From an uncultured Leptolinea sp. (GTDB lineage Bacteria; Chloroflexota; Anaerolineae; Anaerolineales; Anaerolineaceae), in contig CAYRHB010000003.1 in NCBI GenBank assembly GCA_964424035.1, positions 1 to 62,647 on the forward strand: 62,647 nucleotides of DNA, in the 5' to 3' direction. Positions 51,937-60,495 of this stretch are shown piece by piece (positions within the stretch are counted from its first letter, which is position 1; each line of letters begins with the position of its first letter). The notes under the pieces were generated by a model. The model had not been told where the DNA came from and did not search any database. It worked only from the letters and a program-made list of their open reading frames with translations. Both the position numbers and the translations under genes were made by a program.

Positions 51937-53757
51937 CTATCCACCGACAGGTTTGAAGGTCGGACTGGCCGTACGCGTGGGTGTGGGTGCGGTGGATGTG
52001 TGAGTACGCGTCGGTGGGATACTCGTGTACGTCCGCGTGGGAACCGTGGTTGAGGTTGTCGTCGGGGTATAGGTGGTAGTCGGTGGACTGGTAAGGGTTA
52101 CCGTGTAGGTACGCGTGGGCGGCAGCGTGTTCGTGCGGGTGGGCACCAGGGTATGTGTGCGCGTCGCGGAGGGTATCAAGGTCCTCGTATTGGTCCCTGT
52201 GCGAGTCGGAGTCATGGTGATGGTCGGCGACATGGTGATGGTCGGCGTCAGGGTGATGGTCGGGGTCAGTGTAACAGTGGGGGTCATTGTGATGGTAGCG
52301 GTGGCGATATCACCCATATCGGCAAACAGGTTGGCCTGAGGGATGACCTGTCTGGATTGGCTGTCACTCTGCCAGCGCAGCCGGGCGGAAGCGCTGCCGC
52401 CGTCCTCATAGTATTCGTAGACGATGTCGTATTTCTGGCAGCGTTCCAGGTTGATATATCCGCTCTTTTCTGTGGCAGACTGGTTGGTCCAGTTGTTCAC
52501 CAGCAACGTACCATTCACCCACAGGCGCTGTCCGTCATCCGACCGGGCATAGAACCGGTAGCGTTCGGTATACAGAGGCATGACCTGCCCCACAAACCGG
52601 ATGGCAAAGTCATCTGTACCTATACCGGTAGCCGGTGAGGAGGATCCCCAGTCATAGTTTACCTGCGGAACGATATCCACCACGATGGGGCTGGTGAACG
52701 GGTCACTGGGCGGCGCCCATCCCGTCCAGTTGTAGTATTCAGCGCGAATACCATTGCCATCGGTGACACAGGGCACCAGGGTATTGGTCGGTGTCATGGT
52801 GGATGTAGGTGTGGATGTGTCAGTCGATGTTGAGGTGACGGTAAAGGTTTCCGTAGCCGTCGGCGTAAAAGTCGGGGTATCGGGGATCATGTTACCTTCC
52901 GACAGACCGGTGACGCGGGAGGTACGGAATTTTTCCACGATACCATCGCGCGAGGTGTTTAGGCGCAGGGTCGGCCACCAGTCGCTGATGAGCGGCATGA
53001 TCATGTTGTGGCGGTAGGTCAATGTGATACGCACCCGGTCGCCCGGACCGCCGGCATCATCCATAAAGGCTGAGATCGGGCTGTCATATAACGTACAGAC
53101 CGTGGGGAAATACAGGTAATCGTCATCGCCTGTATGTCCGGGGAAGTAGAACGGGTCAAACTGCGACTGCTGGGTATAGAAGTGCTTTGTATTATCGTCC
53201 GCTCCGCTGGTCGGGGTGACATGGCGGTTGGAACAGGTGGAAATATAGAAGAAACCTGGAAGGCTCGGATTGCCACGATATGTGGCATCGAAAGTCGCCG
53301 AAGGATGCGTCATATATTGCAGGTAATCGCCGGAGGCGCTGGAATCATAGGCAATACCGCTGGCGCCGGACATGGCCGCGTCCCGAATGGACGGCAGACG
53401 CGCCCAGTCCTGCAGCATCTGGGTCTGGTCGCGGGCCAGGGCTTTTTCCGCATCGGTTGCCGTGGCTGATGGTTCCACTTTGCAGTCATGGTCCGGGTCT
53501 TCCGCGGTCAAACTGAGCGCGGTGGCAGCTTCATCACAATACTGGACGTTGTACTCACCGGTCACCGCGTAGCGGATGCCAAAACGGGCACCGTTTTCCA
53601 GCGCCAGCCAGGCCTGCAGGAGACGTCCAAATTCGATGACGCCAAACACCATCAACAACAAAACAGGCAGAGCCAGCGCAAATTCCACCATGCTCTGGGC
53701 GGGCGCCGCACGAAACCGGCGGGCAATACGGGATCCGAGGCTTCGGTTTTCTTTCAT
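51937..53757 (-). CDS. TadE-like pseudopilin with PA14 domain and Thr/Pro-rich tail
   Basis: AQSMVEFALALPVLLL..FGVIEFG...ARFGIR (TadE). PA14 motifs NYDWGSSSP, DDFAIRFVG, SDDGQRLWVNG, YYEDGG. TPT repeats follow. Confidence 0.85.
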   Translation of the reverse strand: MKENRSLGSRIARRFRAAPAQSMVEFALALPVLLLMVFGVIEFGRLLQAWLALENGARFGIRYAVTGEYNVQYCDEAATALSLTAEDPDHDCKVEPSATATDAEKALARDQTQMLQDWARLPSIRDAAMSGASGIAYDSSASGDYLQYMTHPSATFDATYRGNPSLPGFFYISTCSNRHVTPTSGADDNTKHFYTQQSQFDPFYFPGHTGDDDYLYFPTVCTLYDSPISAFMDDAGGPGDRVRITLTYRHNMIMPLISDWWPTLRLNTSRDGIVEKFRTSRVTGLSEGNMIPDTPTFTPTATETFTVTSTSTDTSTPTSTMTPTNTLVPCVTDGNGIRAEYYNWTGWAPPSDPFTSPIVVDIVPQVNYDWGSSSPATGIGTDDFAIRFVGQVMPLYTERYRFYARSDDGQRLWVNGTLLVNNWTNQSATEKSGYINLERCQKYDIVYEYYEDGGSASARLRWQSDSQSRQVIPQANLFADMGDIATATITMTPTVTLTPTITLTPTITMSPTITMTPTRTGTNTRTLIPSATRTHTLVPTRTNTLPPTRTYTVTLTSPPTTTYTPTTTSTTVPTRTYTSIPPTRTHTSTAPTPTRTASPTFKPVGG

Positions 53758-53764
53758 ACTTGCC

Positions 53765-55645
53765 TCACTTGGTCAACCTTGAATAGATACGGGTGGAGAT
53801 TTCGTTGAAAATGGCGCGTAGTCCGGACCCGCTCGGAGCATAATAATACTGACCGCAACTTGTTCGAATGGCAATCCCGTCGCACGGATCCGTGGACCGA
53901 TCACCATCATCACCCACCTGGGCCATGTAACGCAGAAGGTATTCACCAAGCGGACCGCTGGCGCCGGTGGGGGTATTACCGGCGGCGCCGAGGCCAATGG
54001 AGTACATGGCAATATCCGAACCGGAAGCAGCCGATTCAGCCGAATTGGCTGAGACCTGCAGGCCGGCATAATCGATCATATCGAGGGCATAATCAAACAC
54101 AGTATATAGATCTGTGTTGGCCAGAGCGGATACGGATGCCGGAGGGCAGGTAGTGGCTGGATTGTCCAGACAATGCCGTGTGTTGCCGAAATCCTTATAG
54201 GTTTCGCCGGAATCATCGTAATCACCATCGCCATTCTTATCCATATGCGTGGTCAAGATGCTTTTATTCAGATCCACACAGGCATTAGCCCAGGCATAAC
54301 TGCCAATTCCTCCATTACAGAAGCCGTTGGGGAACGTGGAGGGAATATTGGTATTCGTGGTCGGGGTATCGCTCAGGTTGACCAGACCATCAGAAAGGAA
54401 CACCATGACCCAGACGGAATTCGGGCGGCCGTCGCGCTTTAGAACTTCGGCGCCAACCCGGACACCGCAGCCCACGCAGGTGGAATTGATGGTGAAATAG
54501 GTCCAGATTGGTTTGCAGGCGGATGGGTTGTTGGTTATATCGCAGCCGTGGCTGAGCAGCCATCCACGCGCCAGGGAGTCATCATCATCCGAATAAGCGC
54601 CGTCGGCATTCCAATCATAGGCATCAAATTTGGACGCATTATCGCAGGGGGTGCCATTCTCGGTCAGATGGAACGGATCAATGGTGGGATCCCAACGGTC
54701 TGAGGAATCAATGGGAGATGGCAGTGTACAGGAGGCTGACGGGTCGTTATCCAGGCCGTCGCCGTCCCGGTCTTCCGGGTAGACCGGATTGAAACCCAGG
54801 ATCGCCTCGGACGGATTTGAATCCAGGTGGATGTAGTACCATTGCGGCCGCAACAGGTTATAGGGTGGATCATCGTGCACCTGGAGCGCATTAACATCAT
54901 TCTTGGCATCGGCCAGGCTGACCCGCATGGGTATGGCGGATGTGGCCGGCGCGGTCACATCGTAATGCACAACAGCCACATGATCATACCCGTCATATAA
55001 CGTATCAATCAATCCGTTGGCTGCCACCTTTGCGGAAGCCAGTGGTTCGCAGGTATTGGTGCTGTTGCAGGAAGAGGGATCGAAACCTACACCCGTACCG
55101 TAACCGGTAGTTTCAGAAGCCATCGATTCAGAGGTATCAATGACGATCACCAGGTCAATTGGAGCCGCCTCGGCAATGGCATTGGCCCGCAGTGGAACAT
55201 TATGGAAACCCAGAAGACTGAGAAAGTACAGGGGAGCTTCCAGTTCGGCATCCACCCAGACCAGCTTGCGGGCGGAATCGGTGGTAGTGTCAGGGCACTG
55301 GTTGTAGAATTCGGGTTCGGTGGTAGCCAGGTCGGCATCACGGACCCGGTCACCGTCACGGTCGCACACATAAACCTTAAGGTCCATCGCGGTTTCGTCA
55401 AGGTTGTGCAGTTTCATCACTTCCAGCGCCGCCGCTGTCATCCGCGCCAGGGGTGGGGTTACATTACCGGCGCCTTCCGCTTTGTAGTCATTGGCTGCCG
55501 CCACGGCTGCCGCATCAATGGAGCGGCGCAGCTGGCCGTAGGTGACATACAACGAACCTGAATCAATCGCCAGGCCGGCGAAGAAAAGCATCGCCAGCAG
55601 CGTCACCGCGAAAATGACAATAACCTGTCCGCGGTTTTTAGACAT
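53765..55645 (-). CDS. TadG-like pilus protein with vWA domain
   Basis: RGQVIVIFA..GLAIDSG....QLRRSIDAAAVAAA (Tad N-terminus), MIDAS DTSES, FLSDG, and DxDGD Ca-binding-like loops. Start at ATG 55645. Confidence 0.85.
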   Translation of the reverse strand: MSKNRGQVIVIFAVTLLAMLFFAGLAIDSGSLYVTYGQLRRSIDAAAVAAANDYKAEGAGNVTPPLARMTAAALEVMKLHNLDETAMDLKVYVCDRDGDRVRDADLATTEPEFYNQCPDTTTDSARKLVWVDAELEAPLYFLSLLGFHNVPLRANAIAEAAPIDLVIVIDTSESMASETTGYGTGVGFDPSSCNSTNTCEPLASAKVAANGLIDTLYDGYDHVAVVHYDVTAPATSAIPMRVSLADAKNDVNALQVHDDPPYNLLRPQWYYIHLDSNPSEAILGFNPVYPEDRDGDGLDNDPSASCTLPSPIDSSDRWDPTIDPFHLTENGTPCDNASKFDAYDWNADGAYSDDDDSLARGWLLSHGCDITNNPSACKPIWTYFTINSTCVGCGVRVGAEVLKRDGRPNSVWVMVFLSDGLVNLSDTPTTNTNIPSTFPNGFCNGGIGSYAWANACVDLNKSILTTHMDKNGDGDYDDSGETYKDFGNTRHCLDNPATTCPPASVSALANTDLYTVFDYALDMIDYAGLQVSANSAESAASGSDIAMYSIGLGAAGNTPTGASGPLGEYLLRYMAQVGDDGDRSTDPCDGIAIRTSCGQYYYAPSGSGLRAIFNEISTRIYSRLTK

Positions 55646-55646
55646 A

Positions 55647-56381
55647 TCAGGGAGTCGGTGTCGGCTGAGCCGCCGGCAAAGGCATAAGCGAGTACGCATG
55701 GACCCTCAATGGATTGGGAACAAACCAATCATAAATTGGCAAAGCCAGAACCTGGTGATAACAATAGTAGAACTCAACCCCCACAAACCCTTTATTGCGG
55801 GGCGCTCCTGATTCTAACTGTGCCGCCACACTGGAACCTGTGTAATACGGGGAGGTTCGCACAATATTCCCGTCACAGTCTTTTTTCCAGTTCTCATTAT
55901 CTGTCGTGTTGGAGTCGTGATCGGAATACGCCCAGTAACCACCGGAGGGATTAACCGCCACAACATTCGTAGCGCTGATCACGGTAAACACCTCGATGAC
56001 CACATCGTCAATCGAGGGATCCAGGTAGACCAGAGGGTTCAAGCCGCCGCAAAAACGCGCGTCAGGGCACGAGCCTTCCGGCGGGGCGAACACACAGGCT
56101 GTGGTCCAGTAGAAACTGTAGGGTGTACTGCGGTTGCACTGGTAGGGGTTGGATGGATCGTATGTCCAACCTTTTTCAATTTCCGGATCGCGGATGGAGG
56201 CAACACGGGCGGCTTCACGGGTCAGATCGATCACATCCATGTACCGCGCGATGAAGAACACCACTTCCACCAGACCAAGCAGGATGAGCAGTAGAATCGG
56301 TAATACGACCGCCAGTTCCACAAAGGATTGCGCCCGGGACGACCTGCTTTTAATAAAATGTAAAACTTTCTTGATCAACAT
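55647..56381 (-). CDS. TadE-like pseudopilin
   Basis: RAQSFVELAVVLPILLLILLGLVEV....TREAARVA. Start at ATG 56381. Confidence 0.85.
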   Translation of the reverse strand: MLIKKVLHFIKSRSSRAQSFVELAVVLPILLLILLGLVEVVFFIARYMDVIDLTREAARVASIRDPEIEKGWTYDPSNPYQCNRSTPYSFYWTTACVFAPPEGSCPDARFCGGLNPLVYLDPSIDDVVIEVFTVISATNVVAVNPSGGYWAYSDHDSNTTDNENWKKDCDGNIVRTSPYYTGSSVAAQLESGAPRNKGFVGVEFYYCYHQVLALPIYDWFVPNPLRVHAYSLMPLPAAQPTPTP

Positions 56382-56577
56382 ATGATCACAACTATCCAAA
56401 AACTCGTTTTTTAAATCCGGATGGGATTAGTCCAATCCTACAATAAGGCGGGAAAAGCGAATTGTCAATACAGATAGCATGAACCCAACAAAAGTGTAAA
56501 GCCTCCCTGTTGCTGTATTCAATTTTATAACAATTTTCGGAAGATGTTACAACCAATTTGGGCATTTTTGCCACCAA

Positions 56578-56607
56578 AACCTGCCATTTTTGGCAGGTTG
56601 CTTTTTT
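56578..56607 (+). terminator. Intrinsic terminator just upstream of the phage-like module promoter
   Basis: AACCTGCCA-TTTT-TGGCAGGTT followed by GCTTTTTT. Confidence 0.6.
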
Positions 56608-56613
56608 AACCGC

Positions 56614-56653
56614 TTGATGTACACTATTTTCAAATATAGAACATATATTCCAT
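56614..56653 (+). promoter_or_regulatory. Putative promoter with LexA (SOS)-like box
   Basis: TTGATG (56614-56619), 17 nt, TAGAAC. GAAC-ATAT-ATTC at 56639-56650 has one mismatch to GAAC-N4-GTTC and overlaps the -10. Confidence 0.6.
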
Positions 56654-56666
56654 ACACGGAGAAAAT

Positions 56667-56993
56667 ATGCCCAGAACCCGGTCAAAAAAAGCCGCCGCAT
56701 CCAACGAATCCATCCAGGACAACGCCGTCCTCGCCCTGCATTCCACTGTCACCATTATGCAGGATCTCCTTCCGAGGGTCATCACCCTGGCTGACGAAGG
56801 CAAGAGTCTGAGGGATCTCCTGCAAATCCTGGAAACCGTCGGGAAGACTTCCAACCGGTTGAGTACGTTGTTGAAGAACCAGAAAGCCCTGGATGGCGAT
56901 GGTGATCTGGCGGACTTTTTGAACCAGGCACTGGCCGATGTTGTCCGTGAGATGGGAGAAGGTTCCACTCATGCGCCGGGGGCGTTGAAATGA
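56667..56993 (+). CDS. Hypothetical helical protein, candidate small terminase subunit
   Basis: 108 aa with basic N-terminus and amphipathic helices. First gene of the module, upstream of TerL (positional inference). Confidence 0.5.
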   Translation: MPRTRSKKAAASNESIQDNAVLALHSTVTIMQDLLPRVITLADEGKSLRDLLQILETVGKTSNRLSTLLKNQKALDGDGDLADFLNQALADVVREMGEGSTHAPGALK

Positions 56994-57003
56994 TCCGGCG
57001 CAA

Positions 57004-57090
57004 GCTCAGTCACCGGGGCTTCGACCGGCACATGTCCGCCGCCCGAGCCTGTCGAGGGCTGGCTTCGACTGGCTCAGCCACCGGGGCTTC
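57004..57090. repeat. REP-like palindromic/direct repeat cluster
   Basis: Direct repeat GCTCAGYCACCGGGGCTTC at 57004-57022 and 57072-57090. Imperfect inverted pair CCGAGCCTGTCGAGG (57043-57057) / CTTCGACTGGCTCAG (57063-57077). Confidence 0.7.
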
Positions 57091-57192
57091 ACCAGCCCCA
57101 ACCGATGGGACAGCCGCTCACCGAAACCGTGATGGATGCCATATCTTCCCTGGATCCCTGCGCCATCCCCGCTGAGATGCTCCCCCTGCAAG

Positions 57193-57225
57193 TCCCCCCA
57201 TCAAGAAAACCACTTGATGGGGGGA
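57193..57225. repeat. Perfect 13-bp hairpin
   Basis: TCCCCCCATCAAG-AAAACCA-CTTGATGGGGGGA. Confidence 0.75.
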
Positions 57226-57245
57226 TGGAAAAATGAAAAGGAATT

Positions 57246-57545
57246 ATGAACCCGTTTGAACCATCCACAGAAGAACAGGCCGCCCTCTTTGCCGAGCAAA
57301 TGCGCCACGCCCTGGACCTGTTGCGTGCCGAGGTGGATGCCCTGCGCGCCCTGCACAACCACGATATGGACATGTGCACCCATCGGCTGAACAGCCTTGA
57401 AACCACCGTGCGCGACCATGAACTGCGCATCCGTGCGGATACCGACGGGGTCACGCAATTCAAAATGTGGGCCGGGCTGGCGTCCGGCAGTTCGGGTCTG
57501 ATGGCCCTTGCCGCCCTGATCCGCAGTTTCTTCGGAGGCCATTAA
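57246..57545 (+). CDS. Small coiled-coil protein with C-terminal membrane segment (holin/XhlA-like candidate)
   Basis: Heptad region LNSLETTVRDHELRIR, then hydrophobic WAGLASGSSGLMALAALIRSFF. AAGGA RBS; coupled to TerL. Confidence 0.6.
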   Translation: MNPFEPSTEEQAALFAEQMRHALDLLRAEVDALRALHNHDMDMCTHRLNSLETTVRDHELRIRADTDGVTQFKMWAGLASGSSGLMALAALIRSFFGGH

Positions 57546-59080
57546 TGATCGCTACGCATACCCTGCACACGCTGAAAGCCCTGATGCGCGACCCGATCCG
57601 GTTTACGGAATGTACGGGCGGGATACGTCTGCGCGGGTACCAGTGCGGCCCGATGCTGTCGATCTTAAGATCGGTTCTCGGTCATAAAGGGCTCAGCTTT
57701 GTCATCATGTTCCCGAGGCAGTCAGGCAAGCACGAATTGCAGGCACAGCTTGAATGCTACCTGCTGGCGCTTTTATCCCGTACACCGGCAGAAATGGTCA
57801 AGATCTCACCCACCTGGAAACCGCAATCACTGAACGCCATGCGGCGCCTTGAACGTGTACTGCAACAGAATCGCATCACACAACATTCATGGCGTAAAGA
57901 GAGCGGGTACATATTCCGGGTGGGTTCGGCGCGGTTGTTGTTCTTCTCCGGCGCGCCGGAAGCCAACATCGTCGGCGCCACAGCAGGCACCCTGCTGGAA
58001 GTGGATGAAGCCCAGGATGTTTCGATCACCAAGTATGACAAAGACATCGCCCCCATGGCAGCATCCACCAATGCCACGCGGGTATTCTGGGGCACAGCCT
58101 GGACGAGCCGGACCCTGCTGGCACGGGAACTGCGTGCTGCCCGTCGCGCCGAGCAGGAAGATGGAATCCGGCGGGCTTTTGTGCTCACGGCAAACGAAGT
58201 GGCTGCCGAAGTGGAAGCCTACGGCCGTTTTGTGGCAGAGCAGACCGCCCGCCTGGGGCGCGACCATCCGTTGGTGAGAACCCAATTCTTTTCAGAGGAG
58301 ATTGACGCGGAAGGCGGCATGTTCCCTCCCGCGCGGCGGGATGTGATGCACGGCCGTCATGCGTGCTGCAGCCAACCCACGCCCGAACGCATCTATGCCA
58401 TGCTGCTGGATGTAGCCGGGGAAGATGAATCGACCGCTGACAGCAGCAGCGGGTTGACCAACCGGCGGCGCGATTCCACCGCGTTGACCATTGTGGAGGT
58501 GGACCTCACAACCCTGCAGGATGAACTACTGCGCGCGCCTGCATACCATTGCGTGCACCGCCGTCTGTGGACAGGAATCAAACACACAGCGTTGTACGGC
58601 CAATTGCACGGATTGATCGAAACCTGGCAGCCGCAGGTGATCGTGATGGACGCCACGGGGATCGGTGCCGGATTGGCCTCCTTTCTCCAAAAGCGCTTCC
58701 CGTCAAAAGTGCTGCCTTTCCTCTTTAATCACGTCAGCAAATCAAAACTGGGATGGGATTTCATCAGTGTGTGCGATTCCGGGCGCTGGCAGGAACCGCT
58801 CACGTCCGGCATGGATGATCAGTCCGCCCTGCATGGGTTGTTTTGGCGGCAATTGGAAGCCTGCCAGTACCGGGTGTCTGACAGCCCCGGGAAACTGATG
58901 AAATGGGGTGTACCGGATGGTACCCGCGACGCTTTGAGCGGTGAATTTTTACATGACGATCTGGTGATCAGCGCGGCACTGGTGGCTGTACTGGATACCT
59001 TCGCCTGGTACGACCCGGCCCCGGCGCTGTTAGTCCGCGGGCAGGACCCGCTGCTGGAAATGGATGGAGGAGAATACTGA
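57545..59080 (+). CDS. Phage terminase large subunit
   Basis: LRGYQ Q-motif, Walker A PRQSGK, Walker B LLEVDEAQD, motif III WGTA, RNase H-like nuclease acids LLDVAG, MDATGIG, HDDLVIS. Confidence 0.88.
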   Translation: MIATHTLHTLKALMRDPIRFTECTGGIRLRGYQCGPMLSILRSVLGHKGLSFVIMFPRQSGKHELQAQLECYLLALLSRTPAEMVKISPTWKPQSLNAMRRLERVLQQNRITQHSWRKESGYIFRVGSARLLFFSGAPEANIVGATAGTLLEVDEAQDVSITKYDKDIAPMAASTNATRVFWGTAWTSRTLLARELRAARRAEQEDGIRRAFVLTANEVAAEVEAYGRFVAEQTARLGRDHPLVRTQFFSEEIDAEGGMFPPARRDVMHGRHACCSQPTPERIYAMLLDVAGEDESTADSSSGLTNRRRDSTALTIVEVDLTTLQDELLRAPAYHCVHRRLWTGIKHTALYGQLHGLIETWQPQVIVMDATGIGAGLASFLQKRFPSKVLPFLFNHVSKSKLGWDFISVCDSGRWQEPLTSGMDDQSALHGLFWRQLEACQYRVSDSPGKLMKWGVPDGTRDALSGEFLHDDLVISAALVAVLDTFAWYDPAPALLVRGQDPLLEMDGGEY

Positions 59081-60441
59081 TGAACGATCTACATTCCGGT
59101 TTCTTCGCCCGGATAACCGCCCGGTTGTTGGATAAAGAGATCAATCACCGGGTAAACCTGGCGATCGCCGCACTCGATGATTCACGCGACCGGATGCTGC
59201 GTCCGGTATTCCAATTGCTGCCTTTGAGCTCCACACGCGACCGGCCGGATGGTGAGCGTGAAGAACTGTTACGTCAGGCGCTGGACGCCTGGCGCACCAA
59301 CCCGCTGGCCCGCCGTATTGTCGGCCTGACCTCCCAGTATGTGGTGGGCGGCGGAATCGGCCTGGATTGCCGGCACGATCAAACCCGCCAGTTTTTGCAT
59401 GATTTCTGGCAGCATCCATTGAACCGCATGGACAGCCGGATCATCGAATGGTGTGACGAACTGACCCGTTCAGGGGAATTGTTCATCCTGGTCACCACCG
59501 ATGCTGCGGGGATGAGCTTCGCACGCGCGGTTCCGGCGCTTGATGTGGCAGAGATCACCTGTACCGGAAATGATCTTGAACAGGAGACGGGGTACACCCT
59601 GAAGGACGGACGGGTATTCACGGCATGGACAACCGCGCTGGAAGCCGAAGGAAATCCTCCTTTTATATTGCATTACGCCGTCAACCGGCCGGCTGGCGCC
59701 TGGCATGGTGAGAGCGACCTGGCTCCCCTGCTTAAATGGATTTCCCGGTACTCTGCCTGGCTGGAAGACCGTGCCCGACTGAACCGTTTCCGCACCACGT
59801 TCCTGTTTGCCGTCACATTGAAAGGCTCCACGGCGGCGGAACGCATCCGGCGTCAGGCGGAACTCAACCTGAATCCCCCGTCTCCGGGAAGCCTGCTGGT
59901 AAAGGATGACTCGGAGACTTGGGAAACTCTTGCCCCGCGGCTTGAATCGGCTGACGCCAATGAAGACGGTTTGTCGATCAAAAAGATGATCGCCGCGGGA
60001 GCCGGTATCCCCCTGCATTTCCTGGCCGAACCGGAAAGCGCCACCCGAACCACGGCAGAAAGTGCCGGTGGTCCCACCTTCCGTCATTTCGAACAGCGGC
60101 AGGAATTTGTGCTGTGGATGCTGCGGGACCTGCTGCAGGTGATCACACAGAGAGCTGTGCGCTGCGGGCGACCCGTAGACCCGGCAGCCGCGTTGGAGCT
60201 GCGGGGCACGGATATCTCCGCCCGCGATAACAGCGAACTGGCCGGAGCGGCCGCCGAGATCGTCACCGCTTTCACAAGCCTGCACGCGCAAGGCCTGATC
60301 GATGACGCGGAATTGCTTCGCCTGGCCTACCGGTTCGCAGGTGAAGTGGCTGATATCCCGGCCTTGCTGCAACAGGCTGTGGATATCCGTCCGAAATCTG
60401 TGGATAACCCTGTAGATAAACCGGCGGAATCCGGTTCATAA
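59080..60441 (+). CDS. Phage portal protein
   Basis: 453 aa directly after TerL. NPLARRIV..TSQYVVG.G, ELTRSGELF, NRPAG..HGESDL.PLL.W, IAAGAGIPLHFL are portal-like segments. Confidence 0.8.
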   Translation: MNDLHSGFFARITARLLDKEINHRVNLAIAALDDSRDRMLRPVFQLLPLSSTRDRPDGEREELLRQALDAWRTNPLARRIVGLTSQYVVGGGIGLDCRHDQTRQFLHDFWQHPLNRMDSRIIEWCDELTRSGELFILVTTDAAGMSFARAVPALDVAEITCTGNDLEQETGYTLKDGRVFTAWTTALEAEGNPPFILHYAVNRPAGAWHGESDLAPLLKWISRYSAWLEDRARLNRFRTTFLFAVTLKGSTAAERIRRQAELNLNPPSPGSLLVKDDSETWETLAPRLESADANEDGLSIKKMIAAGAGIPLHFLAEPESATRTTAESAGGPTFRHFEQRQEFVLWMLRDLLQVITQRAVRCGRPVDPAAALELRGTDISARDNSELAGAAAEIVTAFTSLHAQGLIDDAELLRLAYRFAGEVADIPALLQQAVDIRPKSVDNPVDKPAESGS

Positions 60442-60473
60442 CCCCGGATTTCCTGTTGAAAACCTGTGTACAG
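60378..60473. promoter_or_regulatory. Cluster of co-oriented DnaA-box-like 9-mers
   Basis: TGTGGATAT (60378), TGTGGATAA (60399, perfect), TGTAGATAA (60411), TGTTGAAAA (60454), TGTGTACAG (60465, weak). Confidence 0.5.
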
Positions 60474-60495
60474 AAAAGGTATGGAAAGGAGGCAA

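Noticed and set aside
51960-52310. Short tandem-like nucleotide repeats
   Set aside because: They simply encode the Thr/Pro-rich tail of the TadE-PA14 protein.
57004-57090. Direct repeats as a CRISPR array
   Set aside because: Only two 19-bp copies, and no cas genes.
56994-57236. Reading frame of the TerS candidate stays open for 80 codons past its TGA (readthrough or a 43-aa ORF from ATG 57105)
   Set aside because: GC-rich repeat DNA explains the lack of stops. The translation is low-complexity and there is no clear RBS or recoding signal.
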